Positions 1 to 11,669 of a stretch of 64,000 nt of DNA are shown here, piece by piece; positions within the stretch are counted from its first letter, which is position 1, and every line of letters begins with the position of its first letter. This DNA is from Podarcis vaucheri (lineage: Eukaryota): assembly GCA_965113315.1 (NCBI GenBank), contig OZ220363.1; one strand, given 5' to 3'. The notes under the pieces are model-generated. The model saw only the letters and a program-made list of their open reading frames with translations, had not been told where the DNA came from and made no database searches. The position numbers and the translations under genes are program-made.

Positions 1-3000
1 GTGCATGCAGAGACAAATGAATAAGGTCTGTGAAATTTAATCACGTAATCAGTTAATCAAAATATTTTGATCAAATGAACACACACACACGGTAATTATA
101 AGTACTATTGATGACCAATTCCATCAAAGAAGTATCTCCCGCCCTTGTGTGAGAGAATGGGGAGTCCCTTTTCTAAGATGATGTGTGCTACCGCACACGT
201 TTTTATTTAGAACTACTGGGTTATATCCCATGTTGCATGAGCTCTTTCTCTTTGCCCACTCTACAGGCCGCTGTGCTTGCCAAAATCCTATCCAAAGGGC
301 TGGGAGAACCTGCCCAACATTGTGAGCTGTCCTCTGGGCTGCAAGGGGTTGCAGGGTACTGGCAGGGGGAGCAAGGTGTTGAGTGAGATTGCCTTCTGCT
401 TATGCCATATTGGGTGCAACCCTTAGTTTCTCATATGCAATAATTGTGCAGATTTGACTAATTCTTTAATTATTTGACTAAACCTGAGTTCATTATTGAT
501 ATTTTAATTGGTGGCAGCCCTATTCTAAGATAAAAAATTCCACTCCACCCCCAGATCCAAGATTTTTGCATTAAGAAGCAGCAATACATTATTCCAAATA
601 CACTAACATACTTTATTCTAACCGAATTGTGTATTTTTAAAAGAAAATATAGATAAAAACCAATTTTTATGTGTTATATTTGAATGAATGAATGAAATAA
701 GTAAATAAATAGATAGAAGAAAATGTAGATCATTGCAGTAGGCTGTGGTAAAGGGCATGTTAGGAAACCGTCATGATCTGGGTTTGTATGAGGAAATCAA
801 TGAATCTTTGTTACGGCATGGGAAACGCAAGTGTATAGTAGAAGTCTGCACTGCCACCCCTGGAAATGGGCCAGGATCCTCTTTAACCCAGGCTAGAAGA
901 CCACTGACTGAAAAGAGAAGTACTCTGTACCAAACAATGAATTCAGAAACTTACATAAATTAATATGCTTTGATGTTGTACGATATATTCCTATCTGTGC
1001 TAGTGATTGAGAGGTTCAAGGAGCTGACAATAGACTGCCCTCTAACTCTGGCTTTTGAGATTTCACCCTCCATTGCCATTTTTAAAGCATATCTTCACAA
1101 CCAGAAAGGCTTGGATTTTATTATTTTAAAGAAGAAAAGCTTAATTCCTTTTGGCAGTGCCATGTTGAGTGGCTTTTCTCTTCTATGCAATGACAGCATA
1201 TGCATTGGTCCTTCCTTTGGGTTTCTGCACATGTAGCAGAGTTTTTTTACATTTTCTGTTTTCCCCCTCGAGAACAAGGCGACCTAGGAGCCTGAGAGTT
1301 TCAGGATCAAACCCCCTCTACAGTTTGCCTTCATTGCACTCCACATTTTTTGTACCAGTTAGGGCACTTTGCATTCTTTCTGTATTTGTATCTGCAATGT
1401 TTCAGATATGGGAAGAATTGAAGCTAGTGTCAGGATTTCCCAATGTGAGCTGGAGAGGTTTATTGCTATCTCCCATGAGCCTTCAGTTGTCCAACTTGAC
1501 ATCTTAAGATCCATATTTTTGTTTCATTTGGATATACAGCTGCAGGTTCTGAAACAACACAATCCATTAAATAATGAGAAAGTGTTTGGTGAACTGGGTC
1601 ACACAGGTGTTGAGGAGTATTGGCTTGAGCTGTGGTGAAATGTCAAAAACACTTTGGTCTGATCTTAGGTTGGTTGTCCTTTGCTTAAGACAAACCTCAA
1701 TTCAGTAACTCCACATTTAGCTTAACTAATTTTTTACAGCCACTGTTTTCTCATGTCTAAGCTTTTCTTTGAACTCAACCTTTTTATATGCATGTAGTCG
1801 TTCACCTGTCAGAATTCTGCATGTTCTGCGATATGCAGTATCCTCACTTTTATGTTTCAGAGAAAGTTTTATATGTTCAAATGCATGGATTTTTAATTGC
1901 ATCTCAGGATTTGTTTTAACTAGGCCTGGTGGTGTGAACCTGTAGTAAAAACGATTCCCTTTCATTTGTGGGTATGACTTTTTGTAAATCTAACCTGAAA
2001 CTGTAAAAACAAATACATAGAACATAAAATGATTTCATTAGGATTTGTAAGCATTTTGCTTTTTGTAATTTTGTAGGAAAAAATGATATTTTTATTTTAG
2101 GGCAAGTTCTACTTTTGTATGTAATATGCTGACATGGGGCACAATCTGTCAGAAGCATATCCTGCATTCATCTCATGGAAATAAATTTAGAGGTGTGGTC
2201 CTGCCCTACTCCCATTCATTATTAGTTTCCCTTTGGAACTTAAGTAGGACAGGTTTCTCATGGATTGTGTCTGTGATGTCTTTTATTTTTTAATAAAACT
2301 TATTTAAAACCCACTGTCTAATACATCTAGAAATGTAAACTTCACCTATCACTTTGGAGTTCTCTTTAAACTGGAATCTTGCTGTAAGTGTTTGGTGTTA
2401 ACTTGTGTAATACTTGATACACATTAAAAATGTTAATTGTAGCTTGTGAGTCATCTTTTGTGCTTGGATGCCATATAATATCCTAGAGCGATGGTAATAT
2501 TCATTGAGGTATCTGCTGCTGGCTTTGTTGTGGAGGATTCCAACATGGCTTTTTGTCATATGTCTGTTGGCAAGAGATGCAAGCTTAGGAACAGGTTTAA
2601 CAAGGGATCGTTTTCCAGGTCATCGTACAAATGGCAGCTGCCAGAAGAACTGGATGCAATTTTTTGGTGAATTGTCAAAACTCAAAAATAAGTTGGGCTT
2701 TTCTCAAGACAGTTCCATGAGATGATCTTCCAAATCACAAGCAACAGAATCTTTGTTTCTTGTTTCAGAATTGGCCTCAAATTATCCCATCAAGGGCTGG
2801 TTTTTGTGACAAGCTGTGTCTTGTAAACAAAAAAAGCTACTGTTCTGTTCTTTAATCTATAAGATGATGATTCAGGATTTGGATAAAGCTTTAAAAACAC
2901 CTGTCTGTAATTATGGTTTTAATGTGTGTGGGGGTTTTTTAAAAAAAAAGTTTACATTTTTGTTATATTTATTATGTATTTTCCTCAGAGTATTTGTTTA

Positions 3001-4678
3001 ACCTAGCAAAATGTACAACATTTATGTCTGATGTGATGAGTCACAGTCATTTCTGACTTGGGACAAAAAATATCAAGGTGATGCCTCAGATTTCATCTAA
3101 CACTGATTCTGTTGATGTCAACTTTTTCAAATGGGATGGCTTTAATAGTAACCTGGTAAATTCAGGTCCTAATCCTGAATTTGGCTTTTTATGGACGAAG
3201 ATAATACATCTTACCTTGTATTCTCAACAGACAAGCTGAAGGCACAGGTAAGTGTCACTTGTGCTGTATTGAAGGAAATATGCTTTGGATAACAAAAACA
3301 AAGTTTAGAATTTCTGCTCTTTATATTTTGGTGTGTTTGTTGTGGAAAACTAGAGAAAGGAGGAAGGACAAACATGTTGCTTCCTAGAGATGTAGTTTTA
3401 GTCAGTTGAAGAGTAGATTAGCATTACATTGCAGACCAATTAGCAAAGGATGTGTGGATGTGCTAATTGTGCACAAATGTGCCTTAATACTAAACAATTC
3501 CATGTACAAATTTCCCGCATGTAAAGTGTTAAGGAATCTAGGGGATAAAGCTCAATCTAGTTCACACTAAGTTTGTTTTTACTGATGTGGTGCCTCTCAA
3601 TTACTTTCTAATCGGATGCATTAAAAAAATAAATTCCCAGAGGCACATTTGTGAATATGAAAACTCTCAAAATTATAGCTTATGATTGACTAGGAATGAG
3701 GTATTATGCATGCAGGTGTAGCTGGTTTCAGGTTATTAGAAATCCAATCTATTTTTTATGATATTATGGTGTAATTTTCAGCACAAGACTGTGATATAAA
3801 TTTCCAGTTGCACCGGAACATAAACTACAAGTGTCCCTGACTCTTGTCACTTTCCATGGTCTTTAGTTTGATTAATAAAAGGGACGAGAGCGATAACATT
3901 TTCCCAATAAGAATCTATGATCATCCCTCAATCAAAATGGGCCCATTTTATAGTGATATGTAACAATGATAAAAAATGTTATTTCAAGACCATTGGGACT
4001 AGTCTTTCAGCCTATAAATGTTGATCATATGGCTCTGGTTCTTGAAGCAAGTAAATAGCCCATTTTCTTCTTCTTTTGTGTTAAGAGCAGTGTCCTTGGA
4101 AATTCAAGTCTATTGGCTTCCTGGTCATATATAGCAAAAGGGTCTAAAGCTGAAATTTGAAACACCACACAATCAGCCCTGTTTGAAGATCTAGCATAGT
4201 AAAATTCAGGATGCTTGTCTGAAGCCAAAGGTTCAGGGGCACAATATTACTATGTGTTAATGGAATCTTAAAGGCCTTGTTAATTGTCCCCTGCCTTTAA
4301 AATACGACAGGAAATATAAAGTAGGAGAGGGAAGAGCTGGTAACCCTTCCAGGTGTAAAGAAATTCTGATAGTCAAACTTTAGTTTTATATTCATTTGTT
4401 TGTATTTCAGGCAAGTGGAACTAGTCACTAAGAGTGTTATGTTCTATCTACATTAGTAAAAATCAGCCCCGTTGAGCTCAGTGAGGCTCTCACAGGTAAG
4501 TGTGGGTATGATTGTGCTTTAAGGCACTTGTCATGCTGCAGTGGCAAATTATACTTTGGTTGAGTACAAACATTTTTAAAAAATGGATGCAGCCAGTAAA
4601 CCTAGGCTAATAATTTAAAACACTTCCATAAATTTAGCCTAACCGTTTGATCATACAGAATACACTTATACAGAATTA

Positions 4679-4847
4679 CCGTATTTTTTGCACCATAACA
4701 CTCACTTTTTTCCTCCTAGAAAGTAAAGGGAAATGTCTGTGCGTGTTATGGAGGAAATGCCTACGGGTGGCATGCCTACGGATTTTCCTCCTCTAAAAAC
4801 TACGTGCGTGTTATGGTCAGGTGCGTGTTATAGAGCGAAAAATACGG
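4679..4847. mobile_element. Tc1/mariner superfamily (Tc2/pogo-like) MITE
   Basis: TIRs CCGTATTTTT...AAAAATACGG flanked by TA on both sides; same family as 58613-58871 in the opposite orientation. Confidence 0.85.
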
Positions 4848-4953
4848 TAGGTGCCAATGGATTAATATTAAATAAACCCAAATGAGGCTGCAAGACCTAA
4901 ATTATATTTGCCTCAACTGTTGCAAATTTCATTTTAAGAGATGAGATGTAGGT

Positions 4954-5089
4954 CAGGCATAGGCAAACTCAGCCCTCCAGCTATTTTGGGACTACAATTC
5001 CCACCATTCCTGACCACTGATCCTGTTAGCTAGGGATGATGGGAGTTGTAGCCCCAAAACATCTGGAGGGCCAAGTTTGCCTATGCCTG
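4954..5089. mobile_element. hAT-type palindromic MITE
   Basis: 16-bp TIR CAGGCATAGGCAAACT / AGTTTGCCTATGCCTG; perfect 8-bp TSD ATGTAGGT (4946-4953, 5090-5097). Confidence 0.92.
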
Positions 5090-5929
5090 ATGTAGGTGCT
5101 TAGAAATAGTTTTTCAATTAGAGGAAGTTGAAAGATACATTAACAGTAGCAGGGGTGGGGGAAGAAATTTTAAGGTTTATGACTGGGGAAGCAATGACTA
5201 ATCTGAGACAAGAGTTGAATACTTTAATCATGTGAACAAGCCTTGTCCTACCTCATTGGAGCAAGCAGATCTTTGCCTGCACATGCAAAGGTGAGGAACA
5301 GGTCACATGAGAATGGGTCTGGTTCTGAAGCTGGCAGAGCTGGGTGAACTCATTGGAGCTACTGTGCTTAAGAAATAACTGGAGCTGGTGGGGATTTTCA
5401 TTCAAGATGTCTTAACACCTCATAGATAGAGAGATTCATGTGTCCTTGAATAGATGTTTAGAAAGCAAATTAGAAGTTTACTGGTTCCAGTGTTTTGTAT
5501 GGGCTTGGACTTTCGTTGGGCTTGGACTGGGAAAATCTACTCAGTTATGAAGCTTGCTGGGTTCTTTAGTGACTCACTCACTCTCAGGGATAAGCTATCA
5601 TGGTGGAAGATAGGACCAGCAACAAAGTAAGTTGTTACTTCCATATCCCTCTCCCCTATCCACATGGTTTGCCTTGCTTCCCCTTTTTCAGTGCTATGGT
5701 TTAGCAAGCAGGCAACATTCCTGCAGCTTGGGTTCCAACCACTAGTCTGTCCAGGTAGGAACTACTGTTCCCATAAATATTTTTCTGCACCACCACCAGA
5801 AGGGATCAACCTGTTTGGCAAGAACAAAGGCTGGAGGCATAAAACGGCTGCAAGGAAACGTTATTTGTCCCTGTAAGTACATTCTGTTTGTATTTTAAAG
5901 GTTATACTATAAAATAAGTGTACAGACCT

Positions 5930-6190
5930 GTCTTCTCACTAAGGTCACCTACAGAGGCCCTCCTGGTTGTTCCACATTCTGCAGAAGCTCATCTTCCCAA
6001 CCAAAGAGGTTTTTTTTGTGGTGCACACTCTTTGGAATACTCACCCCCCCACACACACACTGTTGTGCTGGCTACTGATACCAGTCATTTGTCAAACTTT
6101 TTAAGTTGAATTTTGTACTGACTGTTAATGGTGTTGGGATTATTTTTATTTTTATTTATTTTAATTGATTTATTGTAAACTGTCTTGATA
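5930..6190 (+). mobile_element. Degraded L2-like LINE 3' fragment
   Basis: Resembles squamate L2 3' ends (gaggccctcctggttgttcc...ctttggaatactc...) followed by an AT-rich tail. Confidence 0.4.
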
Positions 6191-8725
6191 TATGTTTGTA
6201 ATAGTCTGTGTGTGTGATACATACTGCTTTCAGCAGATGAAAGCATGGAGTCCCATTTAGATACCAAGTATTGATACTCTTCAATAAACAGAGGAATTAA
6301 TGATCAACCTCTGGATTAGGAAATTAGTATCTACAATGAATTGGCAGCATAATGAACTGATGAATTTGAGTTAAGTTAAGAGTGAACATGCGATGAATGT
6401 TTTCCTTTGGCTTTTTGTATTAGAAACATTAATTTGCGGCAATAGAGTTCCTATAAATGTATTACTCTTGGGGGGAAATCAATTAGAATGTATAGTCGGA
6501 CAGTTAATTGGGGGTTTTTAATGACTAAGTTTTGTTTAGCTGATTGCTAAACATAGTTATGGTTTATTTAAATGCTGACTGTCTAAGTAATGGATTGAAA
6601 TGTGCCTCCAGTTGATTTAATGAAGTGTGGATTGTTTAATTGACTAGCTTTTGTAGGAATTAATAACTTTTTTCAATGGATTAAGGTATATTAATTTTGT
6701 ATAGGGTTGTAGCCAATGGTTACTTGGGTAGAAGGTCTCCTGTGCAACCAATCTTTCCCTTTCTTTTTGAAAAGTATCTGTCCAGGACAGTGTAGGTTGC
6801 TTTACTACCTTTTGTTTCTACAGGGGATAAGTGTCCCGTGTAGTCCTCCTTGGAATCAAAATTATTCTCAGTGGTTATTTCAGACTTACATAGGATGACT
6901 TGGATTGCCCCTGCTTACCCTAGGACATTTTTTCTTCATGCCTTTTTATCATCATAACTTACTTTGCATTTATTTCCTTACTTTGTATTTCAGACAGGGA
7001 ATGATTTATCTCCTATCCCACAATAAACCTTAAGGGATAGTTGACAACTGTTCCAGAGGGCATCTCCCACCCCACCACATAGAGAGAGGCAAGTCTGTTT
7101 TCTACCATTTCTATAATTGGTAGTTTGGGGGCTAATATCAGCTTCCATAGTAGTTCAATATTTTCATTATCTGAATATACTGGGAGCTGCATTTCTAGTA
7201 GCTACTGAAAATCATTTGGCTTTGTGATATCCAAATAAATGTGTGTCAAGGTGGTTTGTCAAGCACACTCTCCGAAATGAAGGGACGGATTCTAAACTTC
7301 ATCCAGGGGAGGCAGGCTCCGCAGAAGGGAATGTCCTTTCTACTCCCCTGTGATGAAGTAATGTGGCCAGAACCCTAATCTTATTTAGCAAGTTTTGGAT
7401 TCCATGGATAATGGGATTTTATGTCTACATCAAAAGTTGGAACCAACATGAGGACTTTGCCCAGAAGCTACTATTGATAAATTTCTTTCAGCACCTTTCC
7501 TTCAGCCACAGCTTTAAACTCCATTGTCATCTTATCTACTGCTGACAAACAACTCAGAAGCTTAGTAGGTTGTTTGAGTTTTATTTCTTAATTCTTCTTT
7601 ACATAGTACAATTTATAAAAATACAGAAGCCCAGCCCACCCCTAAAATTCACAGTGTCTAAAGGCAGTGGTTAACAGTATACATCACCTTTATTCTAACA
7701 GTACCATTGTGTTCAGTTGCATAGGAAGGGTATTATGCCTTTACAACAGAGTCTGATAATATTTTCTTTTCCTATTTTGCTTCACAAGGCATATACTCTG
7801 TTTGTTGTTGTGATAATAATTATCTCTATTTATATACTCAAGAGCTGTCATTTATCTCCACTTCAGCTACAAAATAGAGTGGAGGTATCTCCCATCTTCA
7901 TCTCCCATTTGTGTTTCCTCGTGCTTTACTTTTTAAAAATGAATTAGATTGGATTTCAAATATGCACACATTTGGATACTGGCTGAGAGTAGTTAGTTGT
8001 GCAGCTGACTTCCCTCTACATACTTTTATCTTTTCTGTACCTCAAGCCTTTATGGAATTCTTCCTGACCTCAGTGTAAACTTGCAACACATCCCTCCTAC
8101 TAGCAACTCTGTTCCCCGCAATCAAGAATTGCCCTTCAGTAAACATTGTCTTATCTTTAAAAACTTGCCCTTCAAATTACAAACGAAGGATCTATGTGTT
8201 CTTAAAGCTTCATCCTTAAGCGGAAGAGGGAGGTTGGAGAAAATGGTCTGTATTCACAATTGAAACAAACGCTGGTGTGTCCAAGAGGTGCATGCCTATT
8301 TAAGACATCACATCTTTGGGCCCGGGAGATGGACTAGTGAGTAAACTGGGCTGGAATATTCTGCACATGGTTAAAAGCACACTGTCTTTGCACTGACAAT
8401 GGTTTGAAATGATTCACCAGTGAGCCTTGGCTCAAATTAAGCCTCAGGGTTTTTTTCTGCTTTAGCGGTGTAATAGTTCTGAACCCACTGCAAATAAATA
8501 CAGGCTTATAGTGTAATATTAGGAAGCTGGTGCTTTTCAGGACCTATTTATAGATGGTATTTTTCTTAAGACTAGAGAAACCCCTTAGAGGGAAATAGAC
8601 CCATTAACCTTCCATATAATAAATATATGGGCAGGATGTGATTATTTTAGTACAAGTGGAAGTATTTGGAAGCAAATATCACCACTGGTACAATGTGTCT
8701 GATACACAAAATGTATGTTGGGATA

Positions 8726-9082
8726 AAAGGTAAAGGTAAAGGTACCCCTGCCCGAACGGGCCAGTCTTGACAGACTCTGGGGTTTGTGCGCCCATCTCAC
8801 TCAAGAGGCCGGGGGCCAGCGCTGTCCGGAGACACTTCCGGGTCACGTGGCCAGCGTGACAAAGCTGCATCTGGCGAGCCAGCGCAGCACACGGAACGCT
8901 GTTTACCTTCCCGCTGGTAAGCGGTACCTATTTATCTACTTGCACTTAAGGGTGCTTTTGAACTGCTAGGTTGGCAGGCGCTGGGACCGAGCAGCGGGAG
9001 CGCACCCCGCCGCGGGGATTCGAACCGCCGACCTTTCGATCGGCAAGCCCTAGGCGCTGAGGATTTTACCCACAGCGCCACC
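8726..9082 (-). mobile_element. Sauria SINE, near full length
   Basis: Minus strand: tRNA-like head with A box (GGTGGCGCTGTGG) and B box (GGTTCGAATCC), body, and (ACCTTT)n tail; CpGs retained. Confidence 0.92.
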
Positions 9083-10661
9083 TTGCCTTGCCAAATTGGG
9101 TGCCCTGCCAGTGCGGTCAGCCGAAACACTCACAGTGGCCATGCTGGCTGAGATGGAAGGGAGTTGTGTCCTCCAAATAATAATGGTTCCAAGTTGGGTC
9201 CGGGCGAGGTAACAAAGAAGCAGGAAAACAACTTTTATCGTATTGCAACCTAGGCTATTGAAACACTGATTCCATGTTGACAGTGCGAGTGCCTTGCCAC
9301 AAAAGCTAGCCAATTCTAAATAGCTGTATTCAAATAAATGAGGTTTACTTTCCTGATCCAGAGACCCCACAACAAAAGATGCACAAAATCTACTGTCTTA
9401 CCTGTGCAAGAATGGTGTTCCACGTGCATAGTGGAGTTTCAGTTTCAGGCAAATGTGCTTAGGAGCCAGACATACAGCTGCTAATTTAGAATGCATTGTT
9501 TCCTGGAAAGTACATCTGGCATAAATAGCAGAGATCACCCCTAAGGAATCTCACTTTGGCAGGTTTCTAGAATTTGTCCAGCTCTTTAAATGCTGTTAAA
9601 ATTCCTGGATGTTTCTCCAGAAAATAGCTTGAGGTATCACCTGAATAGTTCAACTTAGAGATGACTCAAGGGTAAACTAGATGGGGCTGGTGTGTTTTTG
9701 TGGGAACGGGGCTTTAACCAGTTTACTCTTCCTGTTGTTTGGATCAAAATTGCACCTGTTACTTCCAGTGGGATGCAAGTTCTCTCTTGCTCCAATGGGA
9801 GTTTTTTCCCCACTGGGAATAACTGACAACCAATTCAAGAGGGACAGTTAAAAATAGTCTTGTGAGAGCTTAAAATTAAATTTTATTGTGTGAATAGGCT
9901 ACTGTGCACTACAGCCTATTTTGTAGCTTGGGGACATTTCATACCTCTTAAAAAATCAGGAAGGTAACTTGAGTACCATTTATACCAGTCCCTCTCTCTA
10001 CAGCCACTAATATATGTAGCTTTTTCTCTTTTCTTTCTGCCTCTCAACTCATTTTCAGCAAGTACAAAATGAAGTCCTGCAAAAAGAAATAGGGATGGCT
10101 AAATTTGGGATGCGCTGAATACTGAAAGTAAAGTTGGATGCGCCCAACAACCGCAAGGTCAGAAGTCACCCATTTTTTCTTAAATTCACTCTATAGCCCC
10201 TTAACACCATTACATTCAACCTGGAATAGTAGCCTAGAAGATGAAAGAGTATTTATTTACCTGTAGAAGAGCATCTACAATACCACCTAACCAAGTTGAA
10301 AGCAATTGATTTTTGCAGTACAGTAAACCTGCAACTTGTGTGGAGGTTACAGTCTGGGGATCGTGCCTGAAGCCAAAACCACATATACTCAAAACACATT
10401 GGGTTCAATGGTGGATGGGATGGTTAAAGTCATTTTCCCCAGAACCCTGCTCCCTTTCTAATTTCCCCCCCCAGGCATATATGTGCAAAAGTTAAAGTTG
10501 CAGGCTTACTGTAATACATAAATGAAACTGGAACTCAAGGAGCCCAGCTCATATCATTATTATTATTATTATTATTCAACTTACAGCTTAGTTTTTCCTT
10601 ACACACACCTCTATTGATAATTAAAAACAATAGGACCAATATACTAAGTCAATTTGGACTG

Positions 10662-10667
10662 TTTATT
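10662..10667 (-). terminator. Candidate distal polyadenylation signal (AATAAA)
   Basis: Plus-strand tttatt; the minus-strand downstream sequence tattggtcctattgtttttaa is GU/U-rich. Confidence 0.4.
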
Positions 10668-11655
10668 CATAAAGTATGAGCAAATACAAACATTGTTTAC
10701 TTTGCCATTCTTAACAGGAATGGATTTTTTGTGGGCTGGGAAGATGAACAGTTCTAGCTACAAAAGTCAACTCCTCAATTTTAACTGAACAACAAAATTC
10801 ATTCATCTATGAAAAGTTTTTGTTATTTTCTTTCCGGTTCCCCTTTAAAACCTATCCTCAAGTCCAAGTGCTGCTTTTATTATTCTAAATTTATTTTTAG
10901 ACCATTCTGCAGTACATATACCATTTGTATGTGTTATAAATATATAAACATACACAGGATTTGAGTAAGGGGACTTTATGATGAACTTTACATTTTTATT
11001 TTGCTTGTGTAATAAAGTCCCACATTTGGTGTGACTAAATGGACCGAGTTAATTAGTTTGATTGCTGGATATAATCTTTTCTTAACATTAGATTTTGTAA
11101 TGCTAGAATGGGGGAGCAATCCTAAATTATACCCCCGCCCTGCAAAGGGATTCAAATCATACCCACTTCCTACACAGATCTTCATCTAAGTTCATTCTCT
11201 AAAATAAAATAAAAAAATAAGGCAGCAGGTACACATGTATAACTCATGTCCTAGGTGAGCTACTGCAAGAAATGAATAAACACTCCAATCACCTTCTTTC
11301 CAATGCCATTATCTCATTATTCTTCAAAGGTTTACTTTTAACATAAAGAAGGTTCTCCCCCTTCTCTATTAGAATGTGCATATTATTGAAGAGCAGGGTG
11401 TTCTTAACTAGCTTTGCAACAATAAAGTCAATGTATATTTGTTAAAATATAAATCCTCATCGTAAACCAAAAGGGCAGATTCAATTGCTGCACTACTAGT
11501 TTGGCAGAAGTGGCAAAACATCATCAGGTTCAAGAAACTGCACCACAACTGGTGCTGCCAGAAAGAGAAGGCAAACCTGTGTAGGGCTCCCATATAGTAT
11601 GGTGATTAAGCTTTGCTGCTTTATCAGTCTAAACATTCTCTGTAGTCACATTATG

Positions 11656-11669
11656 GCAGTAGAGGGCAC
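11656..11669 (+). promoter_or_regulatory. Candidate CTCF site (GCAGTAGAGGGCAC)
   Basis: 13/14 match to CCASYAGRKGGCRC with a TGTAGT upstream-module-like sequence at 11641; motif match only. Confidence 0.4.

Noticed and set aside
3033-3106. C/D-box snoRNA-like layout (GTGATGA...CTGA...GTGATG...CTGA)
   Set aside because: No terminal stem, no convincing uninterrupted rRNA antisense guide and no evident host intron; short boxes arise by chance
4411-4495. Apparent plus-strand exon (tttcag|...cag|gtaagt)
   Set aside because: The donor-like caggtaagtg lies in what looks like a common degenerate palindromic lizard repeat, and there is no meaningful frame
1-10600. Coding exons of the expected syntenic neighbour SLC49A4/DIRC2
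   Set aside because: No frame resembled its C-terminus; at most untranslated sequence could be here, which I cannot support
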